Virus record (IMG/VR): IMGVR_UViG_3300000303_000010
Length of the DNA: 64,000 bases
Strand: one strand, 5' to 3'
Source of the DNA: a virus
Part shown: in pieces, positions 1 through 10,286 of the stretch
Position numbering within the stretch: position 1 is the stretch's first letter
How the letters are laid out: each line of letters opens with the position of its first letter
The notes under the pieces: model-generated
What the model was told of the DNA's origin: nothing
Database searches by the model: none
What the model saw: the letters and a program-made list of their open reading frames with translations, nothing else
Program-made: the position numbers and the translations under genes

Positions 1-1
1 A

Positions 2-289
2 AATGCAGTACTTTCAGGTATATCTAATGATAAATTGCCTTATTTATTGAGAAGAGGTAAAATCTTAGAAATGTATAAGGAGGGATTTTCATATACCGAG
101 ATTGCAAAGGAATTATACCCGGATAAAAAACAAGCTCATAAATTCATTAAGAGAATTATAGAAGATAGAGGAAGTAGAGTATATATATCTAAGTTGCATT
201 TAAGAAAGAAAACTCTTAGAACAATTTATGATATACATGTAGAGGATGATGAATCCTATATAACTGCCAATAATTTCGTAAATCATAAT
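2..289 (+). mobile_element. C-terminal part of an intein in terminase
   Basis: Intein blocks F/G: IYDIHVEDDESYITANNFVNHN followed by extein Thr (cat aat act at 284-292). Preceded by an HTH-like segment ILEMYKEGFSYTEIAKEL. Confidence 0.85.
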
Positions 290-1219
290 ACTGGTGGAGC
301 TGCTATAGTAAATTCTACACCCTACGGCATAGGCGGTTTCTACCACTCTACATGGGTTGATTCACTGAATCATAATAATCCTTTTAACCCTATCCGGTTA
401 TATTGGAAGATGCACCCAGAACGAGATGATAATTGGTACAATGAAATGGCAAGGGCTCTTGGCCCAAGAAGAACAGCCCAAGAGGTAGATGGAGACTTTC
501 TTGGATCAGGAAATACGGTATTCGATCTTGCTGATATTAAATCAATAGAAGATTGCTTATCGGATTACCCCCCAATCCAGGTTAAGTTAAATGGTCAATA
601 TCGAAGATTCAAGGATCCTGATTTCAATAAGGAATACTTTATAGGAGCGGATGTTGCAACTGGTAGAGCTACCGACTACTCTTCTTTCACCTGTATGGAT
701 AGAGATGGAGAAGAACAAGTAGTATATAAGGGAAGAATGGCAGTAGATCAATATGCTAAACTCTTAGGAGATACTGGATCCCTATTTAATGATGCAGTGA
801 TAGCTCCTGAATCCAATGATGTTGGATTGGCAGTTACTTCCTGGTTACAAGCCGAAGGTTATCCTAATCTTTACTTCTATCAGAAAATGGTAAAGAAGAA
901 AGGAGAGTCTAGACCCGAAATGGATAAATCCCCAGGATGGATGACTACTACTAAGAACCGATCAGTAATTATAAATGGATTGGAAACGGATGTTCGAGAA
1001 GGTAACTGTATTATCAAGGATCCCTTTTTCGTACAGGAAGCTTATACTTTCATTTATGATAGTATGAACCGTCCAGTAGCTTTGGGAAAACACCAAGCTA
1101 ATACTACTGGAGATATAGATATGGAATCTGAGGTATATGCAGATGATGATATTATGGGTAAAGCCATAACTAATCATATTAGGAAAGGTAAACAAAACAT
1201 AATCGTATTACCCAAATGA
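2..1219 (+). CDS. terL: Terminase large subunit (5' part outside the window; intein-containing)
   Basis: Frame is open from base 2. After the intein end come TGGAAIVNSTPYG (ATPase motif III region) and an RNase H-like nuclease domain (FIGADVATG...DYS, APESND, DDDIMG). Lies directly upstream of the portal. Confidence 0.92.
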   Translation, partial: NAVLSGISNDKLPYLLRRGKILEMYKEGFSYTEIAKELYPDKKQAHKFIKRIIEDRGSRVYISKLHLRKKTLRTIYDIHVEDDESYITANNFVNHNTGGAAIVNSTPYGIGGFYHSTWVDSLNHNNPFNPIRLYWKMHPERDDNWYNEMARALGPRRTAQEVDGDFLGSGNTVFDLADIKSIEDCLSDYPPIQVKLNGQYRRFKDPDFNKEYFIGADVATGRATDYSSFTCMDRDGEEQVVYKGRMAVDQYAKLLGDTGSLFNDAVIAPESNDVGLAVTSWLQAEGYPNLYFYQKMVKKKGESRPEMDKSPGWMTTTKNRSVIINGLETDVREGNCIIKDPFFVQEAYTFIYDSMNRPVALGKHQANTTGDIDMESEVYADDDIMGKAITNHIRKGKQNIIVLPK

Positions 1220-2697
1220 AAAATATTTTTGATTATTTTAGAAGAAAACCCACTCCTATTGATACCAAGAGAAAAGAGAATGAGGCTAAAACTATAGCTT
1301 CTATTTCTCCTGGTAGAGTTTCTGAACCGGAGGATAATAACGGAGATTTTGTTGCCGTATTATCTAATATGACCTCTATGGTAACACCCTCTTTTAGAAG
1401 GGAAGTTATTCCTTTGATAAGGAAACTCTATAAGGTAAATCCCGATGTGGGTATTGCTTTGCAGGATATGTTCAAGTTAACCAATACTGGGCATATTATA
1501 ACTTTCCCCAATAATACCGATGAAGAAGCTGAAAGGATGAGAGATCATCTTAGAGATGTATCTAAAAATTGGTCCAGGTATACTTCAGGTATGGATGGAT
1601 TAGTTAATAAGATGCTAGTGCAATTAATGGTTGGCGGAGCAATATCTATAGAGGCAGTACCAAATGAAGACTTAGATGGGCTCTCTACTATCCTATTCCT
1701 TAAGCCAGAAAATATATACTTCCACCAAACTAATAATGGAGTATATGAACCTTACCAAAAGGTAACTCAGGGATTAAAAGCTGTTAAGGAACAATTTATC
1801 AAATTGAACCCCGAAACCTATTTTTATATAGGTATGTTCAATGATACCGATGAACCCTACGGAATACCTCCTTTCATGACTGCTCTTGATTCTCTCAAAG
1901 GACAGCAAGATATGAGAATCAATTTCAAGCATATCATGGATATGGTTGGTATGGTTGGATTCCTTGAAGCGAAGATCCAAAAACCTATGCAAAAGGGTAA
2001 TGAATCTCTACATGCCTACGAGGGGAGGTTAAATCGATTGCTTAGGGATTTAAAACGTAACATGAAGGATTCTCTTAAGGATGGTATTGTTACGGGATTT
2101 ATTGATGATGCCGAATTTAATCTCAACTCTACAACTAAGGAGCTGGGAAATATAAATGCTCCCTGGGATATGAATCAGCAATCGGTTGCCAATGGTTTGG
2201 GAGTAAATGGTTCTATAATTGGAGTTAATTCTTCAAATACCGAATCGGGATCAGGCGTAGTGTTATCTAAGCTTATCTCGCAGTTAAAGAATTTTCAAGT
2301 TATTGTAAGTTATGCTTTAACTAAGATATATTCTCTAGAACTGCTTCTTGCTGGGTATAATAATAAGGGATTAACCATTACTTGGGGAACTTCTACTATC
2401 TCTGATGAAGTTAAAGTACAACAGGCAAGGCAATATAAGATTCAGAACTTAGATCTCCTTTATAAAGCTGGAATCATATCTCAAGCCCAATATGCTTGGG
2501 AAATGGGTTATGATGCTCCTGATCAGGATGAACCTCGTATTTCATTAGAGGATCAGAATGGAGTAAATAATGGTGATCCTCAAGAGGGAACCAAGAAAAA
2601 GCAAAGGCAAGCTGATAAAAATCAATCCGCAAGGAGAACTAGGGATAAAAATAATCCCAGTCCAAAACGACAGGATCAAAACTCTAAACCAAGATAA
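1216..2697 (+). CDS. Portal protein
   Basis: 493 aa directly after terL. Portal-like segments LKPENIYF and PYGIPPFMTALDSL; basic disordered C-tail. Confidence 0.85.
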   Translation: MKNIFDYFRRKPTPIDTKRKENEAKTIASISPGRVSEPEDNNGDFVAVLSNMTSMVTPSFRREVIPLIRKLYKVNPDVGIALQDMFKLTNTGHIITFPNNTDEEAERMRDHLRDVSKNWSRYTSGMDGLVNKMLVQLMVGGAISIEAVPNEDLDGLSTILFLKPENIYFHQTNNGVYEPYQKVTQGLKAVKEQFIKLNPETYFYIGMFNDTDEPYGIPPFMTALDSLKGQQDMRINFKHIMDMVGMVGFLEAKIQKPMQKGNESLHAYEGRLNRLLRDLKRNMKDSLKDGIVTGFIDDAEFNLNSTTKELGNINAPWDMNQQSVANGLGVNGSIIGVNSSNTESGSGVVLSKLISQLKNFQVIVSYALTKIYSLELLLAGYNNKGLTITWGTSTISDEVKVQQARQYKIQNLDLLYKAGIISQAQYAWEMGYDAPDQDEPRISLEDQNGVNNGDPQEGTKKKQRQADKNQSARRTRDKNNPSPKRQDQNSKPR

Positions 2698-2699
2698 TT

Positions 2700-4148
2700 A
2701 TGTCAAGACCTATTAACAAAAACAAGGAACATCTGGAAACCCTAACCATCGGTCAGGGTCATTCTGTGATGGCGGGATTTATTCCAAAAGGAGTAGGTCC
2801 TGCAAAATTCTCCGAGGATTATTATGGGTTGGTTAAACCCAGTAGAGAATCCATGGAGAAATTTGGATTTTTTGGTTCGGATATAGATTATAATACCTAT
2901 TACCCGGATCTTAATCTCGAGGATCTCAAACCTAAGGATGAGGAATTTATAGAGCCTATGTTTCGATTACTTTCGGAAACAATAGTATCTAGAAATTGGT
3001 TACCTACGGATTTCTCAAGGAATGGAGTTCTTAAGGCTTCTATGAAAATGCTCTTGGGTCAAACTGTAAACTGTGACCATTCCACTGATATTGGTAATGC
3101 CATAGGATCAGTTAAGGAAGTTATTTGGCAAGAAGCTTATACCGATGGGAAATTCCATATCCCAGCAGGTATCAATGGAGTACTTAAGATAGATGCTAAG
3201 GCAAATCCTCGTATTGCTAGAGGTATTCTTATGGATCCTCCTTCTATCCATTCTAATTCAGTAACTATACAGTTTAAATGGGATAAATCCCATCCTGAAA
3301 TGTCCGATGATGAATTCTGGGATCAGATGGGTAAATATGATAAAAAGGGTAATATGATATGCCGAGTATGTACAGAAATTGTTCGGTATATGGAAACATC
3401 CCTTGTATCTCATGGAGCAGATCCCTTTGCCCAAAAGATTGGTGAAGATGGAGGTATAATAAATCCTGCTTATGCTAACCAAGTAGTTAAAACTTTTAAG
3501 GAGTATGAGGAACAGGATCACAAATATTATACCTTTTCCGATTATAAATGCGAGACACAAGAATCTCTTACTGAAAAGAAAATTATTAACCCAAAAGATA
3601 ATAAGGATATGAACGAAGAACTGAGAGCATTTTTGGAGAAACTGTTCGGAGAGAACATGCTCCAATTGGTCGAAGGTCAGGAAATGACTACTGAGCTTGC
3701 TGAGCAGGCAGTAGCTACTTTAATTTCTGATCTTAACAAGGCTAAAGGTGATGTTGAAACACTCACTACCGAAAGAGATACTCTTTCTGAGAAAGTAACT
3801 AACCTGGAGACTGAAGTTGCTAACCTGAAGGAAATGGCAACTGTAGGCACCAATTATATTGCCCAGCTCCGTGAATCAACCGTAGCGGCCTACAAGAAGT
3901 TGAAAGGTGATAAGGTTGATGAGACAATCGTTAACATGATTAACTCGGATACTACAGGTCTTAATACTCTTAAATCCCTTGAAAAAGATTATAATGCTCA
4001 GTTGGAAGAGAAATTCCCTCTTACTTGTGCAAAATGCGGATCAAAGGATGTAAGCCGTGCTTCTTCTAAGAAGGATGATCACGAGGATGATGAGGTTAAG
4101 GATGATCAGTTCAGTTTCGAAGAGATGTATCGCAATAAGATAAAGTAA
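2700..4148 (+). CDS. Prohead protease / scaffold fusion
   Basis: Between portal and capsid genes. N-terminal half has VNCDHS and ETSLVSHGADPFA (His/Ser prohead protease pattern); C-terminal half is coiled-coil and acidic. Confidence 0.7.
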   Translation: MSRPINKNKEHLETLTIGQGHSVMAGFIPKGVGPAKFSEDYYGLVKPSRESMEKFGFFGSDIDYNTYYPDLNLEDLKPKDEEFIEPMFRLLSETIVSRNWLPTDFSRNGVLKASMKMLLGQTVNCDHSTDIGNAIGSVKEVIWQEAYTDGKFHIPAGINGVLKIDAKANPRIARGILMDPPSIHSNSVTIQFKWDKSHPEMSDDEFWDQMGKYDKKGNMICRVCTEIVRYMETSLVSHGADPFAQKIGEDGGIINPAYANQVVKTFKEYEEQDHKYYTFSDYKCETQESLTEKKIINPKDNKDMNEELRAFLEKLFGENMLQLVEGQEMTTELAEQAVATLISDLNKAKGDVETLTTERDTLSEKVTNLETEVANLKEMATVGTNYIAQLRESTVAAYKKLKGDKVDETIVNMINSDTTGLNTLKSLEKDYNAQLEEKFPLTCAKCGSKDVSRASSKKDDHEDDEVKDDQFSFEEMYRNKIK

Positions 4149-4167
4149 ACCATTAAAAATTAAAATT

Positions 4168-4617
4168 ATGCTTAAAGAAACTCCAATGACACTCTTTGGG
4201 GAAAAAACTCCAAGGGTAGTGATTTATAAAAGTGAATCACACAAACTTCATCAGGCTTTTGTAGTAGCCGATGGTGAGAAGATAGTAAAGGGTATGCCAG
4301 TAGCTCTTACCGAAGATGGTAAGATTAAGCCTTATAAGGATGGTGAAAAGGTATATCTGGGTATTGCTGTTACAGATAATGTAAATCCTGCATACGGAGC
4401 TCAGAGGAATTTCCCTGTAGAGGTTACCGTTATGATGGAAGGTTATGCTATCTGTAACTGGGTATCAAATGGTGAAATTAAATGTGGAGCTGTTATACCT
4501 TCTGGTGATCTTCTCAATGATCGCTTCGTAAAGGCTAACCAGGGTATCGATACTCCTTTCATCGCTATTACTCCGGCTGATGAGGCAAATGAACTTATTC
4601 AGGTAATAATCCGATAA
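4168..4617 (+). CDS. Head decoration / capsid cement protein
   Basis: 149 aa beta-rich protein (KGMPVALTEDG, YLGIAV) immediately before the major capsid gene. Confidence 0.65.
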   Translation: MLKETPMTLFGEKTPRVVIYKSESHKLHQAFVVADGEKIVKGMPVALTEDGKIKPYKDGEKVYLGIAVTDNVNPAYGAQRNFPVEVTVMMEGYAICNWVSNGEIKCGAVIPSGDLLNDRFVKANQGIDTPFIAITPADEANELIQVIIR

Positions 4618-4630
4618 ATCAAAAACAACT

Positions 4631-5749
4631 ATGTCACAGATTGATATAACAAAAATGAAAGCTCAGGATTTTCGTAATGAACTTCCTGGTATCGTAAAGC
4701 ACATGGATGCTCTCCGTGCTGGAGATACACAGCACAAGCCAGTAGATGTTACACTGGAAGAGGTAGTAAAGGGTAAATGGGGAATTTCTCAGGATGAGTT
4801 CTTCGAGAAGATGGGTATCAATCCTAAAATCGATACCATGCAGAACTTGTTCACTATGCCGGACCCGACGGTAAGGTGGATTGTTCCTGAGATTATTCGT
4901 TCGGCCATTACCCTTGGTATGCGTCAGGCACCCTTCTATCCTAACATAATTGCATCCGACCAGTCTATCAACGGTCTCTCAGCAATCATGCCTCACATTA
5001 ACATGAGTGATGCTGCTCCTGCTAAGGTAAATGAAGCTGAGACCATTCCGTTGGGAACTATCAGCTTCGGACAGAAGTCAGTTAGGCTGTTCAAGATCGG
5101 AAAGGGATTCAAACTTACCGATGAGGTTAAGAATTATGTATCTCTCGATGTACTTGGCATTTATCTTCGTGACTTCGGAATCCAGCTGGGTTATGCAATG
5201 GATACTCTGGCAATGGATGTTGCTATCAATGGTAACCAGCCTGATGGTTCTGAATCTGCTCCGGTAATCGGTGTATATGCAACCGCAGATGGTATCACTT
5301 ATAAGGATCTTCTCCATCTCTGGGTACGTGCTGCTCGTATGGGCCGTAACTTTACTACGATCATTGGTGGTGAGGACCAGGCAATTGAGATGCTGAATCT
5401 TCCCGAGTTCAAGGAACGTCATGCTGGTACTACAGAGGCAACCCTGAATGTACAGTCTCCAGTTCCTAATTCGGCAAACTTCTATATCCATCCGGGAACT
5501 CCTGAGAATCAGATACTTATGTTGGATAAGTCTGCTGCAATGATTAAGCTTACTGCTCGTCAGCTTATGCTTGAATCAGAGAGAATCGTATCTAACCAGA
5601 CTGAGGCAGTTTATGCTACTCTCACAACGGGATTCAGCAAGATGTATCAGGATGCAGTGGTTATGATGGATTCTAGTAAGACATTCACGGATAATCCGTT
5701 CCCGGAGTTCATGAATGTAGATCCATATCTTTTGGTAAATCTTGAGTAA
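4631..5749 (+). CDS. Major capsid protein (HK97 fold)
   Basis: 372 aa. WIVPEIIR, KVNEAETIP and KIGKGFKLTDE fit HK97-type capsids; codon usage looks highly expressed; followed by a terminator. Confidence 0.88.
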   Translation: MSQIDITKMKAQDFRNELPGIVKHMDALRAGDTQHKPVDVTLEEVVKGKWGISQDEFFEKMGINPKIDTMQNLFTMPDPTVRWIVPEIIRSAITLGMRQAPFYPNIIASDQSINGLSAIMPHINMSDAAPAKVNEAETIPLGTISFGQKSVRLFKIGKGFKLTDEVKNYVSLDVLGIYLRDFGIQLGYAMDTLAMDVAINGNQPDGSESAPVIGVYATADGITYKDLLHLWVRAARMGRNFTTIIGGEDQAIEMLNLPEFKERHAGTTEATLNVQSPVPNSANFYIHPGTPENQILMLDKSAAMIKLTARQLMLESERIVSNQTEAVYATLTTGFSKMYQDAVVMMDSSKTFTDNPFPEFMNVDPYLLVNLE

Positions 5750-5761
5750 TTATTACTCTTC

Positions 5762-5813
5762 GGGGCTGGGATGGACGTGCCATGACCAATTGAATGATCC
5801 CAGCCCCTTTTTT
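5762..5813 (+). terminator. Intrinsic terminator-like hairpin after the capsid gene (24-nt loop)
   Basis: GGGGCTGGGAT (5762-5772) pairs perfectly with ATCCCAGCCCC (5797-5807), followed by T6. Confidence 0.7.
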
Positions 5814-5839
5814 ATAAACCCCATAAATCTAACATCAAT

Positions 5840-6220
5840 ATGAAGTATCAAGTAACTACAGGTCCAAATGCTTACAGCTTTTATGACCAGTCAACCGGTA
5901 TTAATATCATCCGAGGAGAAGTAAAAGAACTTACAGGAGCTCAATATCGTACAAAAAGAATACAGATGGCCCTTAATTCAGGTCATCTTGTAATGGTTCA
6001 AGAAGGAGCAAAAGTAAATAAGTATGATGATAAGGCAGTTGAGAAGCTTTATAAAAAGATGAAGAAGCAGCAATCTAACGGTATGGAAATATCTAAGATA
6101 GCAAAAGCTTATTCACTTGAGGAAGCTAAATTAGTTGCCAAATCAAAAGGTGTAGAATACGATGAGAAGGACACCGTTCAGTCTATACTTGAAGTTCTTT
6201 TGTCTGATACCGAGGAATAA
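5840..6220 (+). CDS. Hypothetical virion-associated protein with small helical (HeH/Rho-N-like) C-terminus
   Basis: 126 aa; C-terminus SLEEAKLVAKSKGVEYDEKDTVQSILEVL. Position is typical of post-capsid small proteins. Confidence 0.5.
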   Translation: MKYQVTTGPNAYSFYDQSTGINIIRGEVKELTGAQYRTKRIQMALNSGHLVMVQEGAKVNKYDDKAVEKLYKKMKKQQSNGMEISKIAKAYSLEEAKLVAKSKGVEYDEKDTVQSILEVLLSDTEE

Positions 6221-6233
6221 AAAATAACCTATT

Positions 6234-7118
6234 ATGAATCTGGACTTTGCATATACAACACAAGGTCTAGAGGTTTCTTTTAGAGTCACTACCAAAGTCC
6301 CACCCAAATCCATTTATGAGTGGGACCTTGGTGATGATAAGGGGTACTTCTATAATAAGAAGGTGCCTACTTATACCTATGAAAAACCTGGCTTTTATTT
6401 GGTAACACTAACCGTTACTAACTCATCTCAAAAACTGAATGAGACCGTAACTAAACAAATTATTGTTACTGATAAGGTAAAAACACATTTATCCGATAGT
6501 ATTTATAATCTCATTGATAATTATATCCCATCAGATCTTTTTGAGAATGGTATGACTCATGAAGACAAGGAGATGTATATCAATAAATGGCAGCTGTATA
6601 TCCAGCCTCTAGTAAATCATTGTGTTCCTATTGAAGAATATAATAATGAGTTAGCCTATGAAGGACTAGAGAATCAATTGATAATGGAATTGGCAGCTTG
6701 GGATTTTTTAAATGTGAGGATAATGAATTTGTTGGTAACTGCCAATGAATATGTTTCAGGAGTGATATCCATTAAAAAGCCAGGTACTTCAGGAGGAGAA
6801 GAGGGAGAAGAAGTAGAATCAGAATCAGCTCGTGGAGATAGAATTAAATCTATCAAAACTGGCCCAACTGAAGTGGAGTATTATGATTCTCTATCAGAGT
6901 CTGGTAGTTCTCTTTTTACGGCATTTACCAATTCTCTTAAACCTGGAGGTATAATCGATGAATTGAGGCATAACTTATGTACATTGGCAAGTAGATTGGA
7001 TATATTCTTACCTTTCTGTGAGAATTACCAACCTATAATACCTCCAAAAGTAGGACATTTGAAGAGACCTGGACCATTTGATGTACCTAATCCTAGATCA
7101 GTATTAAGGAGGAGGTGA
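6234..7118 (+). CDS. PKD(Ig)-domain head-tail adaptor candidate
   Basis: N-terminal PKD signature (YEWDLGDD...TYTYEKPGFYLVTLTVTN). C-terminal part has IKSIKTGPTEVEY, resembling adaptor proteins. Confidence 0.6.
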   Translation: MNLDFAYTTQGLEVSFRVTTKVPPKSIYEWDLGDDKGYFYNKKVPTYTYEKPGFYLVTLTVTNSSQKLNETVTKQIIVTDKVKTHLSDSIYNLIDNYIPSDLFENGMTHEDKEMYINKWQLYIQPLVNHCVPIEEYNNELAYEGLENQLIMELAAWDFLNVRIMNLLVTANEYVSGVISIKKPGTSGGEEGEEVESESARGDRIKSIKTGPTEVEYYDSLSESGSSLFTAFTNSLKPGGIIDELRHNLCTLASRLDIFLPFCENYQPIIPPKVGHLKRPGPFDVPNPRSVLRRR

Positions 7119-7120
7119 TT

Positions 7121-7600
7121 ATGACTACGAAATACCCTTTTAGATTTGTAAGGAATAAATCCTGGGAAAGGTATAAATCTATTATCCGACAGTTTATGGA
7201 TGTAGATGCCGGACGCCAAACTATAACTTGGGCTAAACGGATAATGCAACCTATGACACATGGGGAGGATTATAACCCTGTATACCAGAATATTCAGATA
7301 GAAGCTCTTTGTTATTATAATTCATTCCGTAATTGGCCTATAAACAAGGAGACGGTAACGGGAGAATTAGATGATGAGAACCTATCTATTATGGTAACTG
7401 ATTCTTTCCTTCAATCTATAGGACATCTTAACTCTCATGGATACTGGGATTTTAATTGGTCCGAGGATAGGTTCATTATCAATGGTATTATTTACAAGCC
7501 TTCTGGTGATACCCAAGTAGCTCAAGCAAAGGACCAAGCTTTAGTATTCCTGGTAATCCTTAAAAGGGATAAAGATGTACTGAGCTTAAACTTTATTTAA
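7121..7600 (+). CDS. Head closure / neck protein candidate
   Basis: ATG at 7121 (the track starts at GTG 7115). Beta-rich 159 aa with DRFIINGIIYKP; synteny after the adaptor. Confidence 0.55.
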   Translation: MTTKYPFRFVRNKSWERYKSIIRQFMDVDAGRQTITWAKRIMQPMTHGEDYNPVYQNIQIEALCYYNSFRNWPINKETVTGELDDENLSIMVTDSFLQSIGHLNSHGYWDFNWSEDRFIINGIIYKPSGDTQVAQAKDQALVFLVILKRDKDVLSLNFI

Positions 7601-7610
7601 ACTTAAAACT

Positions 7611-8036
7611 ATGGCTAATTCCACAACATTACAGTTGCGATTTACCGAAATTATCCTAGATGGGAAGATTTGGTATGATAGTAACTTAATCAAGTTGAAC
7701 TCCGGAGTTTTGGGTTTACATATCGAAATGGATGATGAAGATGAGAGTCATTATATGGCTGTTCATCATAGTTTATCGGGTCAAAAGTTTACTTCTAAAT
7801 ACCACGATTATTTCGGTGTACTTTATGACAACTTGATTCCCGGGATTAAGGGAGTAGGGCAAATCTTAAAAGTTAGAATTGATAAGTTGCCTACTTATGC
7901 CGTAGTAATGGGTAATGTAGAGGATGCTGGTGATATAGATCCGGATAATCCTGACGATATACCCAATGCTTTTGCTACTCAAGATTTGGAGTATTTCAGG
8001 AGTGGTAGTAGTGAAATTTTCTGTTTTGGAACTTAA
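7611..8036 (+). CDS. Hypothetical structural protein
   Basis: 141 aa ORF with AT-rich leader in the virion operon. Confidence 0.55.
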   Translation: MANSTTLQLRFTEIILDGKIWYDSNLIKLNSGVLGLHIEMDDEDESHYMAVHHSLSGQKFTSKYHDYFGVLYDNLIPGIKGVGQILKVRIDKLPTYAVVMGNVEDAGDIDPDNPDDIPNAFATQDLEYFRSGSSEIFCFGT

Positions 8037-8047
8037 ATTCTATACCT

Positions 8048-10267
8048 ATGTACGTAAGTAAATATTATAAATCGGGAGAAGAGGTCGACCAGAGACTTTT
8101 GCAAGGTTACTACGATGATGCCGTAGGTGCTGGATTCGTAGGTACTTTACAGGAGTTTTGGAAGTTGATCCTTTCTATCTCAAACAAGGTAGATCAGAAG
8201 GAAGGTTATGGGCTTTCCAAAAATGATTTTACCGATGAGCTCAAGGCTAAGTTGGAGAATCTAGTAGCTAATGCAGTTACTAAGGTATCTCAATTAGAAA
8301 ATGACCTTCACTTCCAAACTAAAGAGGAAGTAGATCAGGCTATTAATGATCTTATTGATGGTTCAGGAGAAGCTCTTGATACACTTAAAGAACTTGCCGA
8401 TGCACTCAATAATGATCCTAACTTTGCCTCTAATATCATCAATCAGGTAACTGCTTTGCAGACTGCACTGAATGAGGAAATTAATAGGGCAAAGACTAAG
8501 GAAAACGAGTTGGATACTAAGATAACCAATCTCAATGTTGATTTGGTTAACAAGGTCCAGGAACTTTATACCCAATTATCGTCACTTCGGACTGAGTTAA
8601 CTCAGTCAATTAAGGATGTAGATACTAAGGTAAATAACCTTACTACTACGGTTGCTGAGCAGAAGACTGAGTTGATACAGCAAATCAATACTGTAAAATC
8701 CGATCTACAGGCTTCAATTACTACCGAGAAGGATAGAGCAGTTGCTGAGGAAACTAAACTTCAGAAGAATATCGATGATCTTACTGCTAAACATAATGCC
8801 GATATTGAGGAACTCAAGGGAGGTGTAAATGACAACAAGGCTTACACTGACCAAGAAATTGGCAAAATAAAGCAGGAGATTAAGGATGCTGTTGCAAAGG
8901 AGACTACCGATAGGCAAGCAGCTGATGAAGCTCTTAGTAGTTCCTTTGCAGAACAAATCCAGGATGCTAAGGATGAATTTAAGGATAACTTAGATTCATT
9001 ATCAGGTCGTATTACTGCTGAGACTTCGGCAAGAGAGCTAGCAGATACTAATCTTACTAACTCTATTGCAGCTGAACAACAGCAAAGAGCAAATGATGAT
9101 ACTGCCTTGGGTCATCGTATAGATGATCTTAATGATCGAATAACTCAGGAAGTAGGTAATATCGATTCTAATATTACTGCAGAGGTAGAGAAGATTCAGG
9201 TTAAACTCGATGATAAAGTAGATAAGGTAGATGGTAAAGGTCTTTCAGAGAATGACTTTACTGATGAGCTCCTTGCCAAACTTAATTCTATCCAAGAGGG
9301 TGCTAAGGTAATTACTAAGGTATCTGAGTTGGAGAATGATCTTGGGTATCAGACAGAAGCCCAAGTAAATGAGGCAATAGAAAAGATTATTGGTTCTGCT
9401 CCTGAGGTATTGGATACTCTAGAAGAGATTGCTAAGGCATTAGGCGATGATCCTAATTTTGCTGCTACCATTACCACAAAGATCTCAGCTATTACCGAAC
9501 AGTTGAATGATGAGATCGAATTAAGGGCTTCTGAAGATAAAAAGGTTAAGGATGAACTCCAGGCAAAGATAGATGCTGAAACATCAGCTCGTTCTGCAAA
9601 GGACACAGAACTTCAATCCGATATCCAGGAGGAGGCAACTACTAGAGCACAAGCAGTTATTACACTGCAGAATAATCTTGATAAGATAAATGAAACTCTT
9701 ACAAATGCTCTGAACACTGCCAAAGCAGAATTAGTTGCAGCAGATACTGCATTATCTAATAGGATCGATGCCCAGGATGCAAGGATTAATCAGAACGTAG
9801 CTAATATCCAGCATAACCTTGAACTTATCCAAGCTCTTCAGACAAGGGTAGATGAGTTTAAGACCAATATGGATACAGCTCTTGCCCTAATCCAAGAGCT
9901 CCAGGACCAACTTAATACGGTAGAGGATAACCTTGATAAGGAGATTGCTGATAGGGAAGAAGCAGATCAGGCTATCCGGGATGATATTAATAAGAGGATC
10001 GATGAGGAGGTAGCTAAGCTTCTTGCTGCAAACCAAGCAACTAATGAGAAGCTGGATCAAGAAATTCAGGATCGTACAGAGGCAGATACCGATCTCCAAA
10101 ACCAGATTACCAATTTGGATCAGAAATTTGAGGATTGGAAGGAAAACGATTTCTCTAATCACATAAAGGATTATGAGGCTCTCAAAGAGGCTCACGATAA
10201 TCTCAAAGATGATTATGATCAATTCAAAGCGGATGTAACGGCTTCATTAACTTTACAATTAGTATAA
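8048..10267 (+). CDS. Coiled-coil fibre protein (fibritin/whisker-like)
   Basis: Heptad-rich 739 aa. Two copies of a fibre module: GLSxNDFTDELxAKL...LDTLxExAxALxxDPNFA. Confidence 0.7.
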   Translation: MYVSKYYKSGEEVDQRLLQGYYDDAVGAGFVGTLQEFWKLILSISNKVDQKEGYGLSKNDFTDELKAKLENLVANAVTKVSQLENDLHFQTKEEVDQAINDLIDGSGEALDTLKELADALNNDPNFASNIINQVTALQTALNEEINRAKTKENELDTKITNLNVDLVNKVQELYTQLSSLRTELTQSIKDVDTKVNNLTTTVAEQKTELIQQINTVKSDLQASITTEKDRAVAEETKLQKNIDDLTAKHNADIEELKGGVNDNKAYTDQEIGKIKQEIKDAVAKETTDRQAADEALSSSFAEQIQDAKDEFKDNLDSLSGRITAETSARELADTNLTNSIAAEQQQRANDDTALGHRIDDLNDRITQEVGNIDSNITAEVEKIQVKLDDKVDKVDGKGLSENDFTDELLAKLNSIQEGAKVITKVSELENDLGYQTEAQVNEAIEKIIGSAPEVLDTLEEIAKALGDDPNFAATITTKISAITEQLNDEIELRASEDKKVKDELQAKIDAETSARSAKDTELQSDIQEEATTRAQAVITLQNNLDKINETLTNALNTAKAELVAADTALSNRIDAQDARINQNVANIQHNLELIQALQTRVDEFKTNMDTALALIQELQDQLNTVEDNLDKEIADREEADQAIRDDINKRIDEEVAKLLAANQATNEKLDQEIQDRTEADTDLQNQITNLDQKFEDWKENDFSNHIKDYEALKEAHDNLKDDYDQFKADVTASLTLQLV

Positions 10268-10286
10268 ACTTAAAACTTAAAAAACT

